Shown here: positions 1 to 13,235 of the stretch, piece by piece
Layout of the letters: each line of letters starts with the position of its first letter
Position numbering within the stretch: the first letter of the stretch is position 1
From: Eledone cirrhosa
Lineage: Eukaryota
Direction: 5' to 3'
NCBI GenBank assembly: GCA_964016885.1
Contig: OZ024756.1
Span: 12,338,001 to 12,402,000 of the forward strand
Length of the DNA: 64,000 nt
The notes under the pieces: model-generated
Database searches by the model: none
What the model saw: only the letters and a program-made list of their open reading frames with translations
What the model was told of the DNA's origin: nothing
Program-made: the position numbers and the translations under genes

Positions 1-64
1 ATACATATATATATATATGTATATATATATACATACATACATATATATATATGTATATATATAT

Positions 65-2532
65 AGGCAGGAGGAGAGTAACATGGTGGTGGAACAGTAA
101 GGTGGAGGGGTCAATTAAGGCCAAAAAGCAGGCTTGGAAAGTGTGGCGGGATGGGGGAAGCAGAGAAGACTATCAAGTGGCCAGGAGGGAAGCTAGGAGA
201 CAAGTGTACTTCGCAAGAAGGGAAGCAGAGGAAAGAAAGTTCAAGCATGTTCTACAACGTGAGGACCAAAAACGTGAGGTGTTCAGGATTGCTAGGCAAT
301 GTGTCAAGGAAAACAGTGATATTGTCGGGGAGAAGTGTGTACTTAACGATGATGGCGTACTTGCCATCACCGACGCCGATAAGAAGGTAGCTTGGAAGTG
401 TCACTATGAAAGGCTACTAAATGAGGAGAATAAATGGGAGAAAGACAGTCTCCCCCATATCGACCCGATAGAGGGACCAGCAGTGTTAGTCGAGGGTAGT
501 ATAATAAGTAAGGCAATCAAAGATATGAAGACAGGCAAGGCGGCTGGGCCTTCGGAAATAGTTGCCAAGATGCTGAAGGCATCTGGTACGGTGGGACACA
601 CCATGGTCACCCGGATAGTCAACCAAGTCATACAGAATGGGGTTGTTCCGAAGGACTGGCGCAGCAGCATTATCGTTAACTGTTATAAGGGTAAAGGAGA
701 TGCCCTAGATAGGAGTAACTATAGAGGCATTAAATTAATCGACCAGGTCATGAAGGTCACGGAAAAAGTTATAGCGCAACTAATCAGAGAGCGAATTGAT
801 CTAGCTGAAATGCAGTTCGGGTTTGTGTCAGGAAAAAGTAACACAGACGCTCTTTTCATTGTACGACAACTACAGGAGAAGTACCTAGCTAAAAGTAAAC
901 CCCTATACTTAGCTTTCGTCGACTTGGAGAAGGCCTTCGACAGAGTCCCTCGTTCCATTATCTGGTGGGCTCTTAGAAAACTAGGTGTTGATGAATGGCT
1001 TGTGAGAGCTATACAAGCCATGTATAAAGAAACAGTCAGCAAGGTTAGAATTAACAACGAATATAGTGAAGAGTTTAGTGTAAAAGTTGGTGTTCATCAG
1101 GGCTCTGTTCTTAGCCCCCTACTATTTATTATTGCCCTCCAGGCTATAACAGTGGAGTTCAAGACCGGCTGCCCATGGGAACTCCTATACGCAGATGATC
1201 TAACGCTCATAGCTGAATCAATGGCCGAGCTAGAGAAGAAATTCCAAACATGGTAGCATGGCCTAGAATCAAAAGGCCTTAAAATTAACCTAGCTAAGAC
1301 TAAAGTTCTAGTTTGTAAGAAAGAAAATAAGGCGGCGGTCCCCTCCGGGAAGTGGCCATGCGCAGAGTGTAGGAAAGGCGTAGGTAGAAATTCCATTTTG
1401 TGTCCCAAATGCAAAGTTTGGGTGCATAAAATCTATGTTCTTAGTTAGGTAAGCTAACTAAGAACATAGATTTTACATGTGGCCGGTGTTCTGGGGAAAT
1501 AAGTAGCAGCAAGTGCCCACAAAATACTAGCTCTTTCAACTGCGCAGAGGGTTCTATAGAAATAGTGGACAGCTTCCGTTACCTGGGTGACAAAATCAGC
1601 AGTGGGGGAGGGTGCTCTGAAAGTACAGTAGCTAGAGTCAGAACTGGGTGGAAAAAGTTCAGAGAGCTTATACCACTATTAGCCGCTAAAGGGTTCTCCC
1701 TAAAAATGAAAGGCAGGCTGTACGATGCCTGCATACGAACAGCAATGTTGCATGGCAGTGAGACCTGGGCATTGTGTGCAGAGGATATACGCAGACTAGA
1801 GAGAAACGAAGCTTGCATGCTCCGCTGGATGTGTAATAGTAATATACGTGAACGACAAAGCATAAACGAACTAAGGAAAAAATTAGAAATAAGAGGGATC
1901 AGATGTTGTTTACTAGAGAGAAGGCTACATTGGTATGGTCACGTGATGCGCATGAAGGACGATAGCTGTATAACAAAGTGCAGGGCAATAAAGATAGACG
2001 GTAGCCACGGAATAGGCAGACCCAGAAAAACCTGGGACGAGCTGATAAACTCCGACCTCACACACTTACACCTCACCAAGACAATGTCACTGGACCGAGA
2101 CCTTTGGCGGTACTCAGTAATAGAGAAGATCCGCCTTACCTAAATACAAAGTAAAACCTACTACAGTCAGTAGGCATCTCTAACAAAATACACCCCCCGT
2201 CCCACCACCTCCACCCCATCCACACCGCCCCCTTCTATGTAAAGTTATGTTGGTGCCACACCATCCAGGCCGAAACAAATGAGATCGTGTAGGTGTCACG
2301 ACAAAAAAACACACAGTCCATGCTGTAATGTGGCCGTGTAGGCAACACGGTAAAAACCTCCCAGACCCACACTGTAAATGTGGTTGGTGTTAGGAAGGGC
2401 ATCCAACTGTAGAAAACCTGCCAGACAGTCCTATGCGAGCAAGACAATCACTCTTGCCTCAAGTGGGAATACCCCCGTCCAAACCCATGCAAGCGTGGAA
2501 CACGGACGTTAAACGTTGATGATGATGATGAT
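65..2532 (+). mobile_element. 5'-truncated RTE-clade LINE (RT with YADD, premature stop and frameshift), 3' UTR and (GAT)n tail
   Basis: QFGF, AFVDLEKAFD, GVHQGSVLSPLLF, LLYADD, RLHWYGHVMRM..GRPRKTW; stop at 1254-1256. Confidence 0.93.
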
Positions 2533-2687
2533 ATACATATATACATACATACATACAAATATATATATATGTATATATATACATATATACATACATACAT
2601 ATATATACATATATACATATATATATGTATATATACATATATATATCTATATACATATATATATCTATATACATATATATACATATA

Positions 2688-3260
2688 CCTCTCCAAGACA
2701 ATGTCACTGGACCGAGACCTTTGGCGGTACTCAGTAATAGAGAAGACCCGCCTTACCTAAATACAAAGTAAAAACCTACTACAGTCAGTAGGCACCTCTA
2801 TCAAAACACACCCCCGTCCCACCACCTCCACCCCACCCACACCGCCCCTTTCAATGCAAAGTTATGTTGGTCCCACAACATCCAGGCCGAAACAAATGAG
2901 ATCGTGTAGGTGTCACGACAAAAAACACACAGTCCACGCTGTAAATGTGGCCGTGTAGGCAACACGGTAAAAACCTCCCAGCCCCACACTGTAAATGTGG
3001 TTGGTGTTAGGAAGGGCATCCAGCTGTAGAAAACCAGCCAGACAGTCCACGCTGTAATGTGGCCGTGTAGGCAACACGGTAAAAACCTCCCAGCCCCACA
3101 CTGTAAATGTGGTTGGTGTTAGGAAGGGCATCCAACTGTAGAAAACCCGCCAGACAGTCCTATGCGAGCAAGACAACCACTCTTGCCTCAAGTGGGAAAA
3201 CCCCCGTCCAAACCCATGCAAGCGTGGAACACGGACGCTAAACCTGATGATGATGATGAT
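2688..3260 (+). mobile_element. Tandem duplicate of the LINE 3' end
   Basis: Near-identical to about 2071-2532, with an extra internal duplication. Confidence 0.9.
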
Positions 3261-3376
3261 ATGTATATATATATCTATATATATATACATATATATACAC
3301 ATATATATATGTATATATATATATACATATATATATATATGTATATATATATACACATATATATATATATATATAC

Positions 3377-3461
<85 letters not shown>

Positions 3462-3467
3462 CACATA

Positions 3468-3499
<32 letters not shown>

Positions 3500-3521
3500 C
3501 ATATATATACATATATATATG

Positions 3522-3579
<58 letters not shown>

Positions 3580-3635
3580 CACATATATATATATGTATAT
3601 ATATATACACATATATATATATATATATATACACA

Positions 3636-3673
<38 letters not shown>

Positions 3674-3674
3674 C

Positions 3675-3721
<47 letters not shown>

Positions 3722-3722
3722 C

Positions 3723-3811
<89 letters not shown>

Positions 3812-3823
3812 CATATATATATG

Positions 3824-3871
<48 letters not shown>

Positions 3872-3936
3872 CATATATACATGTATATATATGTATACAT
3901 ATATATATATGTATATATATATATACATATATATAT
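3261..3936. repeat. (TA)n/(TACA) microsatellite
   Basis: Seen directly; source of the YI-rich ORFs. Confidence 0.97.
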
Positions 3937-4093
3937 GTACGGCCTCCGTTTATTTTTGGGATTCGAAACCGATCGGTAAAGGTAACTATAGTAGGTAAAG
4001 TCAATTTTTTAAAATTTATTTTGAAACTTTTTCATTATTTGCTAAACCTTGTTTATTATATACATATATATATGTATATATATATGTATATAA

Positions 4094-4436
4094 GGAGGCA
4101 CATGGCTTAGTGGTTAGAGCATTGGCCTTGCAATCGAAAGGTTGTGAGTTCAATTCTCAGACCGGGTGATGTGTTGTTTCCTTGAGCAAGACACTTTATT
4201 TCACATTGCTCCAGTTTACTCAGCTGTAGAAATGAGATGATAGGGACTGGGGTCCCTATCATTCCACTGCAATGTGGTCGTGGAGGTGCCACGGCAAAAA
4301 AGCACCCAGCACTCACTGTAAATGAGGTTGGTGTTAGGAAGGGCATCCAGCTGTAGAAATCAAGCCAGAATCAGTTCCCGTCCCACCCTTGCAAGCAGGG
4401 AAAAGTGGACATAAAATGAAATGATGATGAATGATG

Positions 4437-4438
<2 letters not shown>
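4094..4438 (+). mobile_element. tRNA-derived SINE family A, short RTE-like tail
   Basis: A box TGGCTTAGTGG, B box GAGTTCAATTC, CORE-like CCTTGAGCAAGACACTT, tail matching the LINE 3' end plus (GAT)n. Confidence 0.88.
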
Positions 4439-4475
<37 letters not shown>

Positions 4476-4736
4476 CATACAAAGGTATAAGGGGAATCAG
4501 ATGCAGTGTTCTGGAGAGGAGGTTCCATTGGTATGGACATGTGATCCATATGAAGGATGAAAGCTGCATAAAAAGATGCAGAGCGCTCAAAGTTGATGGA
4601 AGCCTTGGAGTGGGGAGACCCAGGAAGCTGATGGTAGATGGTATTTACAATATAGGATAAAGAAGACATAAGGAAGACATAGGAGTGAAATTTATGGTGA
4701 GAACTTTTATGAACTTTTATGTATTTTTTTACTTAC

Positions 4737-4892
4737 CTGGGCTTTAAGGACTTCATTTTCAGCTCTATAATCTTCATTGTCCATCCTTAGTTTATTATAT
4801 TTCTCTTCTTGTACCTGATAAGATTCTTCAGTTGCGTAAGTTTTAGCTGTGAGGTAGTCTACTTGTTCTTGTAAATTTTTATTCTTTTCTAC
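4737..4892 (-). CDS. NEMO/optineurin-like exon 10 (CC2, start of UBAN)
   Basis: tttag|GTA GAA AAG ... CTT AAA GCC CAG|gtaagt; 156 nt ending VLKAQ. Confidence 0.9.
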
Positions 4893-7800
4893 CTAAAAAA
4901 AAAATTTAAAAAAAATAATAATAATTGTTTCTACTTTTGGCACAAGGCCAGCAATTACCCAGTACATTACTGGTACTTTATTTTATCGACCCCATAAGGA
5001 TGAAAGGCAAAGTAAACCTCGGCGGGATTTGAACTCAGATCGTAAAGAGACGTAACTATGCTGGAAAGCATGGCGTCCGACCTTCTACCGATACTGCCAA
5101 TAATGGTTTTTGATTTAGGCACAAGGACAACAATTTTGGAGAAGGGGAAAGTCAATTAACCCTTTAGCATTTAAACCGGCCATATCCGACCAGAATTCTC
5201 TTGCCTCTTTCTGTTCAAACCAGTCATAATTGGCCAATCACACTTAGGTATTGTTCTCAAAATAAATTACATCAAAATTTTGTAGATTCGATATTATCTG
5301 AGATATTATGTGAGGTAAAGCCTTTACTGCAAAAATACAATAGTATATATAGAGTAATGTAAATGTTATCTGAGATATTATGTGAGGTAAAGCCTTTACT
5401 GTGAAAATACAATAGTATATATAGAGTAATGTAAATACTAAAGGGTTAAATCAACCCCAGTGCATGACTGGTACTTTATTTTATCAACCTTGTAAAGAAG
5501 AAAAGTAAAGCTAACCTCGGCGGGATTTGAACTCAAAATGTGAAGGGCCATAACTCTATGCCGCAAAGCATGGTGTCCGACGCTCTACCGATACTACCAA
5601 TAATAATAAAAGATAGTACAGACATACACCAGAAAAGGAATCAGAGAATGACAGAACAACCATTCTCTTGGATATGCCAATAAACACAGACAGAGAGATC
5701 AAGACCAACCGACCAGATATTGTAGTCAAGGACTACAAAGAGAGAAATGTCTTCTAATAAATGTATCAATTCCCACAGATGACAATATATCTTCCAAAGA
5801 AATAGAGAAACTCTCCAAATATAAAGATCTAGAGATATAGATAACTCAAATGTGCACCATGAAAACAGAAACAATCTTTATCTTTATATATATAAAAGCA
5901 AGGATGTGTGTGTGTCTGTGTACAACTTTGGATACCTAAGGCTTTTACAATTACCAACCGAATTTGACCAAATTTTCTGTGCACGTTGCACAGGTCGCTA
6001 AAATGGTCACATCACAATTTTTTTCAATCGACCCACGTTGAGCAATAAAAAAGAGGTACTAGGTACTGCATATATATTATATAGAGTACCACAGCACTTA
6101 CAAATATATACAGCATACAAAAGATAGCACTACTAGGCACTGTATATATATTATATAGAGTACCACAGCACTTACAAATATATACAGCATACAAAAGATA
6201 GCACTACTAGGTACTGTATATATATTATATAGAGTACCACAGCACTTACAAATATATACAGCATACAAAAGATAGCACTACTAGGCACTGTATATATATT
6301 ATATAGAGTACCACAGGACTTACAAATATATACAGCATACAAAAGATAGCACTACTAGGTACTGTATATATATTATACAGAGTACCACAGCACTTACAAA
6401 TATATACAGCATACAAAAGATAGCACTACTAGGCACTGTATATATATTATATAGAGTACCACAGGACTTACAAATATATACAGCATACAAAAGATAGCAC
6501 TACTAGGCACTGTATATATATTATATAGAGTACCACAGGACTTACAAATATATACAGCATACAAAAGATAGCACTACTAGGCACTGTATATATATTATAT
6601 AGAGTACCACAGGACTTACAAATATATACAACATACAAAAGATAGCACTACTAGGTACTGTATATATATTATACAGAGTACCACAGGACTTACAAATATA
6701 TACAGCATACAAAAGATAGCACTACTAGGCACTGTATATATATTATATAGAGTACCACAGGACTTACAAATATATACAGCATACAAAAGATAGCACTACT
6801 AGGCACTGTATATATATTATACAGAGTACCACATGACTTACAAATATATACAACATACAAAAGATAGCACTACTAGGTACTGTATATATATTATATAGAG
6901 TACCACAGGACTTACAAATATATACAACATACACAAGATAGCACTACTAGGCACTGTATATATATTATACAGAGTACCACAGCACTTACAAATATATACA
7001 ACATACACAAGATAACTCTAAAAACCACACTGCACACACTTAAGGTGCACAGAGCTGTGCTTGGTAATGCAGTGATAATACGCAAAATAATAATAATAAT
7101 TATGGTTTCTACAAGGCCAGCAATTTGTAGGGGTGGGGACTTTTGATTACTGCTACATTATTTTAAGAATGAAAGGCAAAGCTAACCTCGGCAGAATTTG
7201 AACTTAGAATGTAAAGGGCTGTGAGTCTATGCCGTGAAGCATGATGTCTGACACTATACTGACTACGTAATAATTATTTCTACTTTTGGCACAAGGCCAG
7301 CAAATACCCCAGTGCATTACTGGTACTTTATTTTATCAACCCCATAAGGATGAAAGGCAAAGTTAACCTCGGCGTAATAATGAGTGCTAATTTAGGCACA
7401 TGGCGAACAATTTGACTATAGGTCTGCTCAATCTTTGTAACAAAACATTGACAGTATGTAACTAAAACACCTTTATGATAATAATAATAATGATAATAGT
7501 GGAGGCACATGGCTTAGTGGTTGGAGCATTGGGCTTGCAATCAAAAGGTTGTGAGTTCAATTCTCGGACCGGGTGATGTGTTGTTTCCTTGAGCAAGACA
7601 CTTTACTTCACATTACTCCAGTTTACTCAGCTGTAGAAATGAGATGATAGGACTGGGGTCCCTATCATTCCACTGCAAAGTGGTCGTGGAGGTGCCACGG
7701 CAAAAAAAGCACCCAGCCCACACTGTAAAGTAGTCGTGTAGGCGCCATGGAAAAAAAAAGCACCCAGCACTCACTGTAAATGAGGTTGGTGTTAGGAAGG

Positions 7801-10800
7801 GCATCCAGCTGTAGAAATCAAGCCAGAATCAGTTCCCGTCCCAGGGAAAAGCAGATGTAAAATGAAAAAAAAAAAAAAATGACTTTGTATAGGGGATTGA
7901 TCCACTCCAGAAATGATGCCTATTGAAAAAGGTTGTAGACGACCAGCAGTAGACAGGGAATGATATTAAAAAGTTGAAGTTGTCCCAGGTGACTGGTTGT
8001 AGCCTGGTATTCCCTAAAATAACCAGCCCAAAGCAACACCAAAGTTGGTTGTGATATATAGACAAATAATAACACAGTAGAAGGAAAACGCAGTAGAGGT
8101 AGACCATGTAAAAGAAGGGCGGAGGTGATGAGAGCAGACCTCAAATCGCTGAAACTCACCGAGGAGATGATGAAGGACCGTGACAAGTGGAGAGATGCTG
8201 TGCTGAATAGGACCCGTCCAACCCTTGCAAGCAGGGACAAGCGGACGTAAAATGATGATGATTTGGCAGAGTCGTTAGAATGTCAAATAGAATGCTTTGC
8301 AGTATTCATTGTGGCTCTCTTCAAGTACAAACCCCACCTTCATAACTTTGAGATTATGAACAGTTGGAAATGAGTTCAAACATTTTAGGATGAGTTATCT
8401 TGTCCATGGCACTGGAATGCATACGTTAGGATGAGTTATCTCCTCTACAGCACTGAAGAGGTTAATGCGTGTTCTTACCATTGGCTGCATTTGTCCATTA
8501 ACATCCAACAGTCCTTTGTAATCTTCCAGCAGCTGTTGGAAGGCTTCACGCAATCTCTTATTTTGATCCCTGCAAAATAAAGTTAAAGCTTATATTCAAT
8601 ATGCTGACCTCCTATTTTACAAGGGTTGCCTGAAAAGATCATAGGCTGACTATGAAGGAGTGATGCTAGAGCTGTGAAATCTTGCAGGCATTAATTACAA
8701 CTCTTCTTATTAATAACTGCATTGTTTCTTTCTACGGACTATGTTGAAAAATAAATCTCATTTGGTTATTCCATGAGAGTATCTTAGTCAGCCTATGAGC
8801 TTTCAACTGAACCTTGTATGTCTGAGAATCTCATTTGGTCATTCCATGAGAGTATCTTAGTCAGCCTATGAGCTTTCAACTGACCCTTGTATGTCTGAGA
8901 ATCTCATTTGGTCATTCCATGAGAGTATCTTAGTCAGCCTATGAGCTTTCAACTGACCCTTGTATGTCTGAGAATCTCATTTGGTCATTCCATGAGAGTA
9001 TCTTAGTCAGTATGAGCTTTCAACTGACCCTTGTATGTCTGAGAATCTCATTTGGTCATTCCATGAGAGTATCTTAGTCAGCCTATGATGAGCTTTCAAC
9101 TGACCCTTGTATGTCTGAGAATCTCATTTGGTCATTCCATGAGAGTATCTTAGTCAGCCTATGAGCTTTCAACTGACCCTTGTATGTCTGAGAATCTCAT
9201 TTGGTCATTCCATGAGAGTATCTTAGTCAGCCTATGAGCTTTCAACTGACCCTTGTATGTCTGAGAATCTCATTTGGTCATTCCATGAGAGTATCTTAGT
9301 CAGTATGAGCTTTCAACTGACCCTTGTATGTCTGAGAATCTCATTTGGTCATTCCATGAGAGTATCTTAGTCAGCCTATGAGCTTTCAACTGACCCTTGT
9401 ATGTCTGAGAATCTCATTTGGTCATTCCATGAGAGTATCTTAGTCAGTATGAGCTTTCAACTGACCCTTGTATGTCTGAGAATTTCATTTGGTCATTCCA
9501 TGAGAGTATCTTAGTCAGCCTATGATGAGCTTTCAACTGACCCTTGTATGTCTGAGAATCTCATTTGGTTATTCCACGAGAGTATCTTAGTCAGCCTATG
9601 ATGAGCTTTCAACTGACCCTTGTATGTCTGAGAATCTCATTTGGTCATTCCATGAGAGTATCTTAGTCAGTATGAGCTTTCAACTGACCCTTGTATGTCT
9701 GAGAATCTCATTTGGTCATTCCATGAGAGTATCTTAGTCAGCCTATGATGAGCTTTCAACTGACCCTTGTATGTCTGAGAATCTCATTTGGTCATTCCAT
9801 GAGAGTATCTTAGTCAGTATGAGCTTTCAACTGACCCTTGTATGTCTGAGAATCTCATTTGGTCATTCCATGAGAGTATCTTAGTCAGTATGAGCTTTCA
9901 ACTGACCCTTGTATGTCTGAGAATCTCATTTGGTCATTCCATGAGAGTATCTTAGTCAGCCTATGATGAGCTTTCAACTGACCCTTGTATGTCTGAGAAT
10001 CTCATTTGGTCATTCCATGAGAGTATCTTAGTCAGTATGAGCTTTCAACTGACCCTTGTATGTCTGAGAATCTCATTTGGTCATTCCATGAGAGTATCTT
10101 AGTCAGTATGAGCTTTCAACTGACCCTTGTATGTCTGAGAATCTCATTTGGTCATTCCATGAGAGTATCTTAGTCAGCCTATGATGAGCTTTCAACTGAC
10201 CCTTGTATGTCTGAGAATCTCATTTGGTCATTCCATGAGAGTATCTTAGTCAGTATGAGCTTTCAACTGACCCTTGTATGTCTGAGAATCTCATTTGGTC
10301 ATTCCATGAGAGTATCTTAGTCAGTATGAGCTTTCAACTGACCCTTGTATGTCTGAGAATCTCATTTGGTCATTCCATGAGAGTATCTTAGTCAGCCTAT
10401 GATGAGCTTTCAACTGACCCTTGTATGTCTGAGAATCTCATTTGGTCATTCCATGAGAGTATCTTAGTCAGCCTATGAGCTTTCAACTGACCCTTGTATG
10501 TCTGAGAATCTCATTTGGTCATTCCATGAGAGTATCTTAGTCAGTATGAGCTTTCAACTGACCCTTGTATGTCTGAGAATCTCATTTGGTCATTCCATGA
10601 GAGTATCTTAGTCAGCCTATGATGAGCTTTCAACTGACCCTTGTATGTCTGAGAATCTCATTTGGTCATTCCATGAGAGTATCTTAGTCAGCCTATGAGC
10701 TTTCAACTGACCCTTGTATGTCTGAGAATCTCATTTGGTCATTCCATGAGAGTATCTTAGTCAGCCTATGAGCTTTCAACTGACCCTTGTATGTCTGAGA

Positions 10801-13152
10801 ATCTCATTTGGTCATTCCATGAGAGTATCTTAGTCAGTATGAGCTTTCAACTGACCCTTGTATGTCTGAGAATCTCATTTGGTCATTCCATGAGAGTATC
10901 TTAGTCAGTATGAGCTTTCAACTGACCCTTGTATGTCTGAGAATCTCATTTGGTCATTCCATGAGAGTATCTTAGTCAGCCTATGATGAGCTTTCAACTG
11001 ACCCTTGTATGTCTGAGAATCTCATTTGGTCATTCCATGAGAGTATCTTAGTCAGTATGAGCTTTCAACTGACCCTTGTATGTCTGAGAATCTCATTTGG
11101 TCATTCCATGAGAGTATCTTAGTCAGCCTATGATGAGCTTTCAACTGACCCTTGTATGTCTGAGAATCTCATTTGGTCATTCCATGAGAGTATCTTAGTC
11201 AGCCTATGATGAGCTTTCAACTGACCCTTGTGTCTGAGAAATAGGCAAAAATATAAACCCTGTTTGGGTAAATGAAAAAAAAAGAATATAAAAAAGAAAG
11301 TTAGTGATTATTGTCTATACTTACTGTTTGATGTTTACATGCTCTCGTTCAGCTATCAACTTCTTATTAAAGTCTTGTATACAATCTTGGAGAGTGTTTA
11401 TTAACTGCTTATCTTGTTCCTGCTGTCTTTTCATCTCCTTAGTGAGACGAAGGTTGGCATCATCAAGCCGCTGACATCTAATGGAAATAAACAACAACAA
11501 TGACAACAATCATTAATTTTCGTTTACACAGGTACAACTTTACCTGTTCTTTCACTTCTTTAACCCTTTAGCATTTAAACCAGCCATATCTGGCCAGAAT
11601 TCTCTCACCACTTTCTGTTCAAACTGACTGTAACCGGTCACTCATACTGATGTTAAGGTATTGTTCTCAAAATAAATAACATCAAAATCTCGTAGATTTG
11701 ATATTATGTGATTATATTGATATTATGCCTTTACTGTGAAGATATAATAGTATCATCATCATCATGTCATTTTACGTCCGCTTTTCCCTGCCTGCAAGGG
11801 TGGGACGGGAACTGATTCTGGATATATTTCTACAGCTGGATGCCCTTCCTAACACCAACCTCATTTACAGTGAGTGCTGGGTGCTTTTTTGCTGTGGTAA
11901 CTCCACGACCACTTTGCAGTGGAATGATAGGGACCCCAGTCCCTATCATCTCATTTCTACAGCTGAATAAACTGGAGCAATGTGAAATAAAGTGTCTTGC
12001 TCAAGGAAAAAACATCACCCGGTCTGAGAATTGAACTCACAACCTTTCGATTGCAAGGCCAATGTTCTAACCACTAAGCCATGTGCCTCCATTGGTATAT
12101 ATAGTATATATAGAACAATGTGAATGCTAAAGGGTTAAATATATGAGGAAGGCGGCAAATTAACAGAGTCTTTAGAATATCAGATAGAATGTTTTGCACT
12201 ATTTGTTCTGGCTCTCTCTGCAATATGAGTTCAAATTCTGCTGAAGTCAACTTTGCTTTTCATCCTTTTGAGGTTGATAAAATGAAGTACCAGTACAGTA
12301 CTGGGGTTGTTTCTTCCTTTATATCTCTTCCTCACTTCCTCTCTCTCACTCTCCTTTTCTGTCTGGAAGAAGTCTTTAGGGATTAGAGAATTGGATTCAC
12401 AATTGTGTGGTTGTGAGAGACCAGGCGATGCATTATGTCCTCAAGCAAGACACTTTATTTCACATTGCTCTTTCTGCCAGGAGTTGCGACCAGTAGATAG
12501 TATCAGCAGTGGAAAGACCAATGGAAACATTGTTTCCTTGGTCCGATTTGATGAGTTCCACCCCACTCGGTTAAGCAAATGCAGAGAAAACAACTCAATC
12601 AACACCAGTATTTTACAGGTACTTAATTAAACAGAAATTGCCAAACAAAAGGTCAGAAGAAATCTTCAGTTGTGCCATAGGCAAACTCCCTAATGTTGCT
12701 GATCTAAATGATAAACACACCCAGTACACTCTGTAAAGTGGTTGCTTATGAGAAAGGCATACAGCCACAGAAAATCTGTATGTATATTTTCTTTCATATT
12801 ATTTGCTCTATATATGTGCACAAAATACTGTTTATCAAACATAATATACGTGAACGGCAAAGCATAAATGAATTGAGAGAGAGACTGAGCATAGGAGGAA
12901 TCAAATGCTGTGTGTAGGAGAGGCGGTTGCGTTGGTATGGACAAGTGATGCGTATGAAGGATGACAGTTGCATAAAAACGTGCAGAGCACTAGAAGTCGA
13001 TGGAATCCACGGAGTGGGGAGACCCAGGAAGACCTGGGATGAGGTGAGAAAAGCCGACCATACCCAATTACACCTCTCAAAGGCGTAATTGGGTATGGTC
13101 CGTAAAGCTTGTAAGCCCAACACTAACCTCTAAGACATGCACCTTCACGTGT

Positions 13153-13235
<83 letters not shown>

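Noticed and set aside
51-2143. Active autonomous LINE
   Set aside because: 5'-truncated with no endonuclease, an in-frame stop at 1254 and a later frameshift.
2448-4110. YI/IY-rich ORFs
   Set aside because: (TA)n microsatellite artefacts.
4094-4170. tRNA gene
   Set aside because: A and B boxes are present, but it is the head of a multicopy SINE and lacks a complete acceptor stem.
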